Positions 9,861 to 18,209 of a stretch of DNA of 36,534 bases are shown here, piece by piece. The DNA is taken from assembly GCA_003193925.1 (NCBI GenBank), contig PSPG01000014.1, forward strand, positions 1 through 36,534, read 5' to 3'. Position 1 is the stretch's first letter. Each line of letters starts with the position of its first letter. Both the position numbers and the translations under genes were made by a program. Under the pieces are notes generated by a model. That model did no database searches, was not told the origin of the DNA, and was given only the letters and a program-made list of their open reading frames with translations. This stretch comes from Candidatus Thalassarchaeum betae (GTDB lineage Archaea > Thermoplasmatota > Poseidoniia > Poseidoniales > Thalassarchaeaceae).

Positions 9861-10283
9861 TCAGTCCTCAAGACCGTCCGGGAACCAAAGCCCCAGTTCG
9901 AAAGCCGCTGTGTCCTCGCCGTCCGAGCCGTGGATGAGGTTTCGCTCGATGCTGCGGGCGAAGTCCGCTCGGATGGTGCCCGGCTCCGCTTCGCGCCAGT
10001 CGGTGGCCCCGATCAGCTTGCGAGAGGCCGCTATCGCATCCTCCCCGTTCCATGCCATGGCCACCACGGGACCGGAGGTGACGAACTCGACCAGATCGGA
10101 GTAGAAGGGGCGCTCCCTGTGAATCGCGTAGTGCGCCTCAGCCAGCTCGAGCGAGGGGGTCAGATCGTGCCGGCCCAGCATCCGCAGCCCGATGCCCTCG
10201 AAGCGTCCGATTATCTCGTCGACAAGGCCACGCTGGACGCCGTCAGGCTTGATCATGATGAAGGTGGTCTGAGCGTCTCCCAT
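9861..10283 (-). CDS. ndk: Nucleoside diphosphate kinase
   Basis: [29 protein letters not shown]. Confidence 0.97.
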   Translation of the reverse strand: MGDAQTTFIMIKPDGVQRGLVDEIIGRFEGIGLRMLGRHDLTPSLELAEAHYAIHRERPFYSDLVEFVTSGPVVAMAWNGEDAIAASRKLIGATDWREAEPGTIRADFARSIERNLIHGSDGEDTAAFELGLWFPDGLED

Positions 10284-10309
10284 GGGCCGGGCGACCCCCC
10301 TCCCCTATT

Positions 10310-10891
10310 TCAACGCAAAGTACACTCAGCAATATCCTCGTATTGGGGGCCTTGGGGAGTCAGAATCGACCGGTAGAGTGTCACTCCCCGCACGTCGACT
10401 CCTCCGAAGCGCTTCTCGGACATGGGGTCAAGCAGGCCGGTCAAGTCGGGCCGGGCCTTGCGGTCCCTGACACGCCCGAGCGTGATGTGCGCATGGAAGT
10501 CGCTCGAATCGAAGCCCAGCGGGTTGAGGGCATCCTCGACGGCTTCGTGGAGCTCCGAGAGGCGGTCTTCGGGGTCACTCACACCCGCCCAGAGCACGCG
10601 CGCCTTCCTTGAGGATGGGAAGGCGCTCAGGCCCACGACTTCGACTTCGAAGGCGGATAGGCCGGCGGCAGCGCCCCGGAGCGCCTCGATCACAGCCTCG
10701 GCGGTCTTGCAGGTGACGCGGTCGCCCAGGAACTTCAGCGTGAGGTGCAGGTTCTCCGGGCGCACCCACTTGACGCGCGCCCCGGCAGCCAGAGACTCGC
10801 GCAGGCCCTCCTGGGCTGCACCGAGCAAGTCAACGGCGGACCGGGGCAGGTCGAGTGCCACGAAGTAGCGTCCCGCATCAGGCAGCGCCAT
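10310..10891 (-). CDS. thpR: RNA 2',3'-cyclic phosphodiesterase (2H family, ThpR/LigT)
   Basis: RYFVAL, two 2H motifs NLHLTLKFLG and FHAHITLGR, ARVLWAG, YRSILTPQGPQY; start 10891 has SD GGTGGA (ORF could extend to 10942). Confidence 0.9.
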   Translation of the reverse strand: MALPDAGRYFVALDLPRSAVDLLGAAQEGLRESLAAGARVKWVRPENLHLTLKFLGDRVTCKTAEAVIEALRGAAAGLSAFEVEVVGLSAFPSSRKARVLWAGVSDPEDRLSELHEAVEDALNPLGFDSSDFHAHITLGRVRDRKARPDLTGLLDPMSEKRFGGVDVRGVTLYRSILTPQGPQYEDIAECTLR

Positions 10892-10963
10892 GTCCACCGT
10901 TCGCGAATTGTCCAACCGCCTTACCAAGTTGTTTATGTCCATTACAACGATGGCTTCTGTTTG

Positions 10964-11281
10964 ATGGACGGAAAAACCGAACTGACAATCGCCGCGCTGA
11001 TCTTCCTAGCTGGCACGGCAGGCCTCGTCTCTGGTGAAGACATCGAAGGCGTTGAAACGACGACCGATTTTGACGACGAATCAGAGGACGGGCCTAGGCC
11101 CATGATCGACTCGCACAACCTGTTCAGCAGCCCTGTGCTGTTCATCGACCTGCACAACCTGTTCAGCAGCCCTGTGCTGTTCATCGACTCGCACAACCTG
11201 TTCAACAAGCCGATGTCTGATTCAGACGGCCACTGCCCGATGGGTGAGTACGGCGACGACGTGGGGATTCTCGAGTACTGA
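10964..11281 (+). CDS. Small secreted acidic protein with a 13-aa tandem repeat
   Basis: MDGKTELTIAALIFLAGTAGLVSG signal-like start, acidic spacer, in-frame IDxHNLFSSPVLF repeats; 105 aa. Confidence 0.6.
   Translation: MDGKTELTIAALIFLAGTAGLVSGEDIEGVETTTDFDDESEDGPRPMIDSHNLFSSPVLFIDLHNLFSSPVLFIDSHNLFNKPMSDSDGHCPMGEYGDDVGILEY
11105..11204 (+). repeat. 39-bp tandem repeat, about 2.6 copies
   Basis: ATCGAC(TCG/CTG)CACAACCTGTTCAGCAGCCCTGTGCTGTTC at 11105 and 11144, partial copy at 11183-11204. Confidence 0.95.
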
Positions 11282-11406
11282 ATTCAAATCAGCGTGGGTA
11301 TCAAGTCACCCTATTGCCTCGACGGGCCGTGGACCCGGAGAGGAGCGACATCATAGTCGGCGAAATCGCCGATGATGCGGACAGCCCGGGGATAGTCTAC
11401 TTCGGC

Positions 11407-13260
11407 ATGCCCATCGAGCCCTCGCAGGCCCTGATGGCCGCCACCGCGCTGGCCGTGGCGGCGCTGTTCGTGCTGCTGATCTTCCAGAACTTCGTCTTCG
11501 ACTCGGTCGAGCCTACCGAGGGGCCGCAGGCCGACTACGAGCGCGTGCCCGTGTGGGAGCGCGCCGACTGGCCGTACATCACCAACGGCTCGCACGGCTT
11601 CGTGATGGAGCACGGCCCGTACAGCCCGAGCACCACCGAGAACGAGTGGAACTCGACCCACGCCTTCGTCGACTTCACCCTGCCACTGGCCGAGGGCGGC
11701 TCGGCGCCCGACGGCAGGGTCAGCCTCGCCTACTGGCTGCCCGAGGTACCCGAGGGGGTCCAGGTGCCGATGATAGCCGAGTTCGGCCCGTACTTCGACG
11801 AGGCCAGCGTCAGCACACCGCCCATAGAGGTGCCAGGCACCTGGCTCGGCCAGATGATCATCGACCAGATCCTGCCGCACGGTTACGGCTTCGCCCAGGT
11901 CTCGGTGATGGGCACGGGACGCTCCAACCACTGCATGGACCTGATGGGCAACGCCGAGCAGCTCGGAGTCGACGCCGCGGTGAGCTGGCTGGGCAGCCAG
12001 AGTTGGAGCAACGGCAAGGTCGCCATGATAGGCAAGTCCTACGACGGCAGCACCCCGTGGCAGGCGGCGATGTTCGGCAACGACTACCTCGCCACCATAG
12101 TCCCGATATCCGGGCTGATCGGCGTGATGGAGCTGATGTGGAAGAACGGCTCCAGCGAGGCCCGCGCGCCGTTCATGCACAACGTGGTCTACGGCGGCTA
12201 CGGCCTCGACGGCGACACCGATGACATCGGCAACGCCTGCCCGGACTACGCGATGGGGCCGGCGACGGGCGTGGGGGCCTACGTATGGGGTGGCGAGGCG
12301 GTCGGCAACTACTGGGGCGAGCGCTACTTCCTAGACCGGGTGCTGGAGAACTACAACGGCTCGGTCTACCTAATCCAGGGGATGCAAGACTGGAACGTCG
12401 ACCCGCACATGGCGGTGCCGACGATCAACATCCTAAAGCAGCACGGAATCGACGCCAAGGGCCTGTTCGGCCAGTGGGACCACGACTACCCTGACCGCCC
12501 TGACTACCACTTCGACCGCTCGGCCGAGGGCCGTGGGCGCGAGGCCTATCCGCAGATGACGCGCTTCGACTGGATGCAGGATCTGCTCGAGTGGTTCGAC
12601 TACTACCTCAAGGGCATCGGTGACAAGCCGGGGCAGTGGATTGAGATACAGTCCAACCACGGCGAGTGGCGCATCGAGGACTTCTACCCACCGCAGGGCA
12701 TGGAGACGCTCACTTTCGACCTCGGCGGGGAGTTATCCAACATCGGTGGCACCACGACCATCCTGCCCGATGCCTCGACGGGTCCGGTGTACGAGACCGC
12801 TCCCTTCGAGGAGGGTATCTGGATCGCGGGACTGCCTAGGCTGCACATTGACGTGCGGACAACGACAATCGGAGGGCAGATCTACGCCCTGATGGAGGAC
12901 TGCGACGAGGCCGGCGGCTGCATTCAGATCGGGCACGCCATCATGGATTTGCGATACCACGAGGGCGGCACCGAGGAGCAGGCTTGGATCCCGCTGCTGC
13001 AGACCATCAACGCCAAGATGGAGTTCTTCACCATCGATGCCTACATCGCCGCCAACCACAGCATCAGGCTGAGTCTGTACTCCACTGGCGACGACTACAT
13101 GCCCGCGAGCACGAGCTCGATCGTCATGGTCCAGGAGGGCCCTGGCTCGACCCTGCAACTCGACATCATCGATGCGGCGGAGAAACTGTGGTTCGAGCCA
13201 CCGGCCTGTACCCACTCGTACTGCCTCGACTGGCTGAACCAGACCGTGGACTCTACTTGA
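11407..13260 (+). CDS. CocE/NonD family (S15/PepX-like) serine hydrolase, membrane-anchored
   Basis: N-terminal TM; GTGRS, WSNGKVAMIGKSYDG nucleophile elbow, GMQDWNVDP, GQWDH; C-terminal PepX_C-like region. Confidence 0.9.
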   Translation: MPIEPSQALMAATALAVAALFVLLIFQNFVFDSVEPTEGPQADYERVPVWERADWPYITNGSHGFVMEHGPYSPSTTENEWNSTHAFVDFTLPLAEGGSAPDGRVSLAYWLPEVPEGVQVPMIAEFGPYFDEASVSTPPIEVPGTWLGQMIIDQILPHGYGFAQVSVMGTGRSNHCMDLMGNAEQLGVDAAVSWLGSQSWSNGKVAMIGKSYDGSTPWQAAMFGNDYLATIVPISGLIGVMELMWKNGSSEARAPFMHNVVYGGYGLDGDTDDIGNACPDYAMGPATGVGAYVWGGEAVGNYWGERYFLDRVLENYNGSVYLIQGMQDWNVDPHMAVPTINILKQHGIDAKGLFGQWDHDYPDRPDYHFDRSAEGRGREAYPQMTRFDWMQDLLEWFDYYLKGIGDKPGQWIEIQSNHGEWRIEDFYPPQGMETLTFDLGGELSNIGGTTTILPDASTGPVYETAPFEEGIWIAGLPRLHIDVRTTTIGGQIYALMEDCDEAGGCIQIGHAIMDLRYHEGGTEEQAWIPLLQTINAKMEFFTIDAYIAANHSIRLSLYSTGDDYMPASTSSIVMVQEGPGSTLQLDIIDAAEKLWFEPPACTHSYCLDWLNQTVDST

Positions 13261-13444
13261 TGCCGCCCTTCTCGTAACGACGGGTCCACTTGAGCCGGCG
13301 CGGGTTGCGCTTGAGCTTGAGCATGTTCTTGCGCGCCTTGCTGTCCTTGAACCAGTACACGGTGCCGTCGCGCTTGATGTACATCATGCCGGTACCCGGC
13401 TCGATCTCCTCGTGGGTGAAACTGCAGATTCTCTGCTCCGGCAT
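13253..13444 (-). CDS. rpl24e: 50S ribosomal protein L24e
   Basis: CSF..EIEPGTGMMYIKRDG, KRNPRRLKWT. Confidence 0.95.
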   Translation of the reverse strand: MPEQRICSFTHEEIEPGTGMMYIKRDGTVYWFKDSKARKNMLKLKRNPRRLKWTRRYEKGGIK

Positions 13445-13449
13445 CCCTC

Positions 13450-13668
13450 TCACCTTCCGCCGATCCGGCGGGCCTCACGACCGGTGTCTCGCAGCATCAG
13501 GACGTCACCGACGCGCACTGGGCCCAACACGTTGCGGGCGATGATGCGCCCGATGTCGCGGGGGTTGGCAGCATCGCCGACGCGGACCTTGACCTGGATC
13601 GCCTCGCCGCTCATGCCGGTGCGGCCGACGACCTCGACGACCTCTGCGGGCCATGCCTCCTGTGCCAT
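13450..13668 (-). CDS. rps28e: 30S ribosomal protein S28e
   Basis: [45 protein letters not shown]. Confidence 0.96.
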   Translation of the reverse strand: MAQEAWPAEVVEVVGRTGMSGEAIQVKVRVGDAANPRDIGRIIARNVLGPVRVGDVLMLRDTGREARRIGGR

Positions 13669-13695
13669 GCTGGATTTCCTCCTTCACCGGGTCGC

Positions 13696-14079
13696 TCAGG
13701 CAGATGAGAGAGTCTCGTAGTGGCCCTTGACTTCCTTGAACTTGTCCTCGGCCTCCTTCTCGACTTCTATGACCGCTATCGCAGCGGTCCTGGTTCCCAG
13801 GCTCATGCCAGCCGCCTCGGCCAGGTATGCCTGGTCCTCGACGTAGATGAATGGGATCTCCTTCTCGCGGCAAATCATCGGGATGTGTGCCAGGAGCTCG
13901 CCCGGGTTCACGTTCTCGGCCATGACGACCATCTTCGCGGTGCCGCGCTCGGCCGCCTTGGTGACCTCGTTGGAGCCCTTCTTCAGGCGGCCGCGGCCAT
14001 CCTTGCCCAGAGACTTGACCATCTCGTAGACCTGCTCTTGTATGTCGTTGGGGGTTTCAAACGCTATGTGGACACTCAT
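13696..14079 (-). CDS. rpl7ae: 50S ribosomal protein L7Ae
   Basis: LKKGSNEVTKAAERG, HIPMICREKEIPFIYV; SD GAGGAG. Confidence 0.96.
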   Translation of the reverse strand: MSVHIAFETPNDIQEQVYEMVKSLGKDGRGRLKKGSNEVTKAAERGTAKMVVMAENVNPGELLAHIPMICREKEIPFIYVEDQAYLAEAAGMSLGTRTAAIAVIEVEKEAEDKFKEVKGHYETLSSA

Positions 14080-14124
14080 TGGAACTACTCCTCGTGTTAG
14101 GTAAGCCGGCGCACGGCATGGCTG

Positions 14125-14131
14125 ATATAAA
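14125..14131 (-). promoter_or_regulatory. Putative TATA box of the rpl7ae-rps28e-rpl24e operon
   Basis: TTTATAT on the minus strand about 45 nt upstream of the rpl7ae ATG. Confidence 0.55.
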
Positions 14132-14170
14132 CGAAACGGATTGGCCGGATTCGACCATAGGTCGCATTGC

Positions 14171-15100
14171 CTAACCCATCAGTTGCTTCAGCCCTCGCGC
14201 CAGAGCCGGCGCTGCGCTCACAACAGCCCTCGGGTTGGGCAGCGAGTCTGTGCTGTGCACACCGTCTACGTGGTTGGCCAGTCTCAGGATGGCGCCGCCG
14301 GTGAACAGGCCGTGCGTGCAGGCGGCGTGGACCTCGACCGCGCCCTGGCGGCGCAGTGCATCGCTGGCGCGGCAGATGGTACCGCCAGTGCTGATCATGT
14401 CGTCGACGATGGCGACGATCTTGCCGTTGACATCGAGGTCCTTCGGGGTGTGCTCGATGGTGTGGGCGTCGATTCTGCTCTTCTCGAGGTAGGAGAACTC
14501 GCAGCCGATCAGTCCGGCCACCTCCGAGGCTCTCGCGATGGCTCCCTTGTCGGGGCTCAGGATGAAGTCGGGTCTGACCTCGGCCCGCAGGCGCTCGGCA
14601 ATCTCGGGCATCGAACTGACGAACTGCAGCGGCACGTCCATGCCGTCGAGGACTGCCGGCTCGTGCAGATCGAGAACGGCGATGCCTTCGCAACTGCGCT
14701 CGAGTATCTCTGCGATGACGCGCGCGGAGACCGCCTCGCCCTTCGAGAAGCGCTTGTCTTGGCGCGAGTAACCGAAGTACGGAATGGCCAGATAGATCCC
14801 GGAGCCGACGTCGTCGAGGCTCTGAGGCTCCTCACCCTTGAGGTTCGAGAGCTCGCCCTTGCGAACGTCTGCTATCGCTCCGAGCAGGAGGATGGTCTGT
14901 ATGACCCCCGAGTCGGGGTAGGTATTGGAGACCAGCACGACCGGCTCGGAGCGGACGGCGTCAATTGCACCCGAGGGCACGCGCACGTAGCCCTCGCCGT
15001 CGGGGAACCTGCGGCTCACCAGTTCGATGTGCTGCATCCCGAGAAGGGGAGCCAGAGAGGCTGCCACGTCGCGGCCGGAGGAGCCACTCACAACCGGCAT
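14171..15100 (-). CDS. prs: Ribose-phosphate pyrophosphokinase
   Basis: RFPDGEGYVR, IPYFGYSRQDKRF, SPDKGA, IVDDMISTGGT, ACTHGLF. Confidence 0.96.
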   Translation of the reverse strand: MPVVSGSSGRDVAASLAPLLGMQHIELVSRRFPDGEGYVRVPSGAIDAVRSEPVVLVSNTYPDSGVIQTILLLGAIADVRKGELSNLKGEEPQSLDDVGSGIYLAIPYFGYSRQDKRFSKGEAVSARVIAEILERSCEGIAVLDLHEPAVLDGMDVPLQFVSSMPEIAERLRAEVRPDFILSPDKGAIARASEVAGLIGCEFSYLEKSRIDAHTIEHTPKDLDVNGKIVAIVDDMISTGGTICRASDALRRQGAVEVHAACTHGLFTGGAILRLANHVDGVHSTDSLPNPRAVVSAAPALARGLKQLMG

Positions 15101-15162
15101 GTGACAAGGAGCCGACCTGCCAGCCCTTCATGACTCTGCCGACAGGCATTGAGGGGTTGTGT

Positions 15163-15240
15163 TGGTGGGCATGACAGGATTTGAACCTGCGACCTCCCGG
15201 TTATCAGCCGGGTGCTCCAGCCAAACTAAGCTACACGCCC
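15163..15240 (-). tRNA. tRNA-Ile(GAT), CCA encoded
   Basis: Reverse complement GGGCGTGTAGCTTAGTTTGGCTGGAGCACCCGGCTGATAACCGGGAGGTCGCAGGTTCAAATCCTGTCATGCCCACCA; anticodon stem CCCGG/CCGGG with loop CTGATAA; T-loop TTCAAAT. Confidence 0.96.
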
Positions 15241-15292
15241 TTGAGCAGGCATGGGACACCTGAATCTGATTTCAAGATGTTCCTAGGCGCAC

Positions 15293-15880
15293 TCACTCCT
15301 CTTCGGAGCCCTGGCCATTGAGTTTGAGGTAACTTGGCAGCGTCACCAGCCTCTTCATCGAGCATCGCAGTATGATCTCGTCAAGTCTAGCTGTGGTCCT
15401 AGCCAGTTGGCCTACCGGGACGATGATGGTGTCGGGCAGCCCTTGCCTCGTGCGCACGATGTAATGCGGCTTGATCACCAGTCCCTTGTAGGTCCGCTTG
15501 ATCTTGACCAGGTCAGTCACGTTCCCCAGGTCCAATCCGTCATTGTCGAGCACTGCTCTGTCGAGCAGTTCGTCGGGCGCGTACAACTTCTCGTTGATTC
15601 GGACAGTGTTCCTCCAACGACGCTGTAACTCGCGCATTGATTTCGACAGCTTCACCCCACCATCGGACCTGATGCTGTGCACCAACTCCTTCGAAAGCGG
15701 AGCGAACTCTGCGGGCTTTCTCATGTATTCCTCAGCTATGCCGTCCTCGACCCTGATTCGCATCGATCGCACGAGCTCGTCGCGCGGATGGAAGCGCTCG
15801 CCGGTGATCACACCGACTCGTGTCTCGCCGACATAGACTTCTCTCTCCAGTAGTTCTTGTATTCTGTATTCTTCGCTCAC
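15293..15880 (-). CDS. Protein with two PRC-barrel-like repeats
   Basis: ELLEREVYVGETRVGVI and ELLDRAVLDNDGLDLGNVTDL resemble the PRC-barrel N-terminal pattern. Confidence 0.65.
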   Translation of the reverse strand: MSEEYRIQELLEREVYVGETRVGVITGERFHPRDELVRSMRIRVEDGIAEEYMRKPAEFAPLSKELVHSIRSDGGVKLSKSMRELQRRWRNTVRINEKLYAPDELLDRAVLDNDGLDLGNVTDLVKIKRTYKGLVIKPHYIVRTRQGLPDTIIVPVGQLARTTARLDEIILRCSMKRLVTLPSYLKLNGQGSEEE

Positions 15881-16158
15881 TCAATTCCCCCCCCGTTGGG
15901 AGGAGAAGTGCATCCCCTAGCAATTCTCCACTGGGCCAGTAGGTGGTTTGGCACTTATACTCTACGATTGTTAAGACTGATAATCCAATTGGAATATTTG
16001 TATATTTCCAAAGTTTTCAATTGGAAAACTAAAGTCAGTTTGATTAATTGTATGATTATCGGAAATCGCGTTTTCGACGATTCCGGAGGATTACCGGACG
16101 GAATCTGCGATTCCGATTCCGGAGAATGTTGATGTGACGATTCGACCTCGCTGATGGC
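15881..16158. other. AT-rich divergent intergenic region with palindromes and short repeats (origin-like or regulatory)
   Basis: 15955-16060 about 25% GC by hand count; TCCAATTGGA, AGTTTTCAATTGGAAAACT, repeated GATTCCG. Confidence 0.55.
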
Positions 16159-17520
16159 ATGGGGTTGGGAGCCGACTTGGTCCATTCCACCCTTGGCCTT
16201 CACATACTGACCGATGGGTATGACTTCGTGATCGACCTAGACAGGTCGACCGGCTGCTACTTCCACGACTCGAGGAGCGGACGGGACATCCTCGACATGT
16301 TTTCCTGCTTCGCTTCGCTGCCATTGGGCTGGAACCATCCTAATCTCGTTGCAGCCAAGAGCGAGCTGGCTAGGGTGTCGGTCAACAAGGTCGCAAACTC
16401 GGATCTCTATACCGAGGCGATGGCCGAGTCCGTAGCCGCGTTCGGCAGGATCGCCGCTCCTCCCTACCTGCCTCATCACTTCTTCGTCTCCGGTGGTGCG
16501 CTCGCTGTAGAGAACACCATGAAGGCGGCGATGGACTGGAAGTCGCACGACCGCGAGGCGAAGGGGATTGACGCGTCGGGCAAGTTCGACTGGGATACCG
16601 ATCAGGAGAAGTCGTCGCATCTCACAATCGGCCACTTCCACGAGGCCTTCCACGGTCGCTCGGGGTACACCCTCTCGGTCACCAACACCGATCCGAACAA
16701 GACCGCGCGCTTCGCTAAATTCGACTGGCCGCGATTCGACAACCCGAAGGTCCGATTCCCTGTGGATGGGGCTGAGAACGCACGACTGGACGCCTGTGAG
16801 GGGGCCGCTTTGGACTCCATCAGGGCCCATGCCGAGGCGAACCCCGACACGATGGCGGCCATCATCATGGAACCCATACAGGGCGAGGGCGGTGACAATC
16901 ACTTCCGCGACTCGTTCCTCCGCGACATGAGGTCGGTCTGCGATGAGGTCGGTGCTCTGTACATCTTCGACGAGGTGCAGACCGGGATGGGCGCAACCGG
17001 CATGATGTGGGCCCACCAGCACGCCGGTGTCGAGCCCGACATGATAGCCTTCGGCAAGAAGTCGCAGGTCTGCGGGCTGATGGCCGGACCACGCCTCAAG
17101 GAGTTCGACGACAACGTCTTCGAGACCTCTGGCAGGATCAACTCGACCTGGGGCGGCAACCTGACCGACTTCGTTCGCGCGCGTCTGATACTGGAGACCA
17201 TCGAGCGTGACGACCTGGTGAGAAACGCCAAGGTGGTCGGAGCGGAACTGGTGGCAGGCCTGGAGGAGTTAGGAGCATCTAACGAGATGGTGAGCAACGT
17301 TCGCGGCCGCGGGCTCTTCGCTGCCTTCACGCTGCCGAGCCAAGAGATTCGTGACAGGTTCAACTCGGCCTGCCTCGAAGCGGGCATGCACGTCATGAAC
17401 TCGGGCACGCAGAGCATCAGACTGCGCCCGAACCTGACCTTCTCCTCCGAGGAGGTCAACGAGGGCCTCAACATACTCGAGAGCGTGGCGAACGGCATCG
17501 AGTCCAAAGCCGTGGCTTAG
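16159..17520 (+). CDS. lat: L-lysine 6-transaminase (class III aminotransferase)
   Basis: NKVANSDLYT, FFVSGGALAVEN, AFHGRSGYTLS, EPIQGEGGDNHF, IFDEVQTG, AFGKK, RINSTWGGN. Confidence 0.9.
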   Translation: MGLGADLVHSTLGLHILTDGYDFVIDLDRSTGCYFHDSRSGRDILDMFSCFASLPLGWNHPNLVAAKSELARVSVNKVANSDLYTEAMAESVAAFGRIAAPPYLPHHFFVSGGALAVENTMKAAMDWKSHDREAKGIDASGKFDWDTDQEKSSHLTIGHFHEAFHGRSGYTLSVTNTDPNKTARFAKFDWPRFDNPKVRFPVDGAENARLDACEGAALDSIRAHAEANPDTMAAIIMEPIQGEGGDNHFRDSFLRDMRSVCDEVGALYIFDEVQTGMGATGMMWAHQHAGVEPDMIAFGKKSQVCGLMAGPRLKEFDDNVFETSGRINSTWGGNLTDFVRARLILETIERDDLVRNAKVVGAELVAGLEELGASNEMVSNVRGRGLFAAFTLPSQEIRDRFNSACLEAGMHVMNSGTQSIRLRPNLTFSSEEVNEGLNILESVANGIESKAVA

Positions 17521-17527
17521 TGGTACA

Positions 17528-18208
17528 ATGCCCAAGGTAGTCCACATCAGTGGCGCAGTCGACGCCTTCTACCACGCTCTGGCCGACCGTCTCCACCGAG
17601 CCGGGGCGACGCTTACTGACGACCCCGAGGAGGCCGATGTCACAGTTGGCATCGGCGAGGGAGCCAGCGGCGATGTCGCCGTCGTCCCCGCGCATGTCGA
17701 CCACGGCGAAGCCGGGCTGGTCGTCAGGATCCACGACCTGCTGATCCCCGAGGGTGCGGTGGACTGGGGCACCGAGGTCCTCCATGAGTGGGCCGATTGG
17801 GTCAAGGACGGCGCGGAGGGAATCCACCCGCCCGACATCGAGGCGCGTCATTGGGTCCATGTAAGAGACGCGACCGATGCACTCTCGCTGCTGATCCTCG
17901 CAGACTCGGACGCGATGGTGCAAGGCGTGCTGGACATGAGCGGTCGCAGAGCCTGGTCAGCGAAATCCATCCTCGACGAGATGAGGATGCTCTGGTCGCG
18001 CTTCACCAACGCTTTGCATCACACCCACACTATCTCGTCTCTCTCGGACAATCCCAGTCCCGCCTCCTCGAGCTACCGACCAAGGCCAGCGAGGCCCGAC
18101 TTGGGGCCCCTGCACGATGCGCTTCTCAGAGCAGGGGGAGAGGGCTGGCGCCCTCTGGTTTCCATGAGGATGGGCCTGATGGAAGTCTTCGCGCACAGTG
18201 CCGACTGA
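17528..18208 (+). CDS. Hypothetical protein, degenerate NAD-dependent epimerase/SDR-like
   Basis: 226 aa, 7 nt after lat; RHWVHVRDATDAL and GWRPLVSMRMGL resemble the extended-SDR C-terminus; no GxxGxxG or YxxxK. Confidence 0.6.
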   Translation: MPKVVHISGAVDAFYHALADRLHRAGATLTDDPEEADVTVGIGEGASGDVAVVPAHVDHGEAGLVVRIHDLLIPEGAVDWGTEVLHEWADWVKDGAEGIHPPDIEARHWVHVRDATDALSLLILADSDAMVQGVLDMSGRRAWSAKSILDEMRMLWSRFTNALHHTHTISSLSDNPSPASSSYRPRPARPDLGPLHDALLRAGGEGWRPLVSMRMGLMEVFAHSAD

Positions 18209-18209
18209 T

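Noticed and set aside
11105-11204. 39-bp repeat as a CRISPR array
   Set aside because: Units are contiguous without spacers, are a multiple of three and in frame; no cas genes
15163-15240. tRNA-Ile as an integration site
   Set aside because: No integrase and no duplicated tRNA end noticed; flanking genes look like core genes
16037-16066. dif-like site (TTAA-TTGTATGA-TTATCGGAAAT)
   Set aside because: Spacer is 8 bp instead of 6 and arm symmetry is poor; no xer gene in the window
15857-16203. ORFs 15857-16132 (+) and 15955-16203 (-) across the AT-rich tract
   Set aside because: Composition and codon use unlike the real genes; better explained as non-coding
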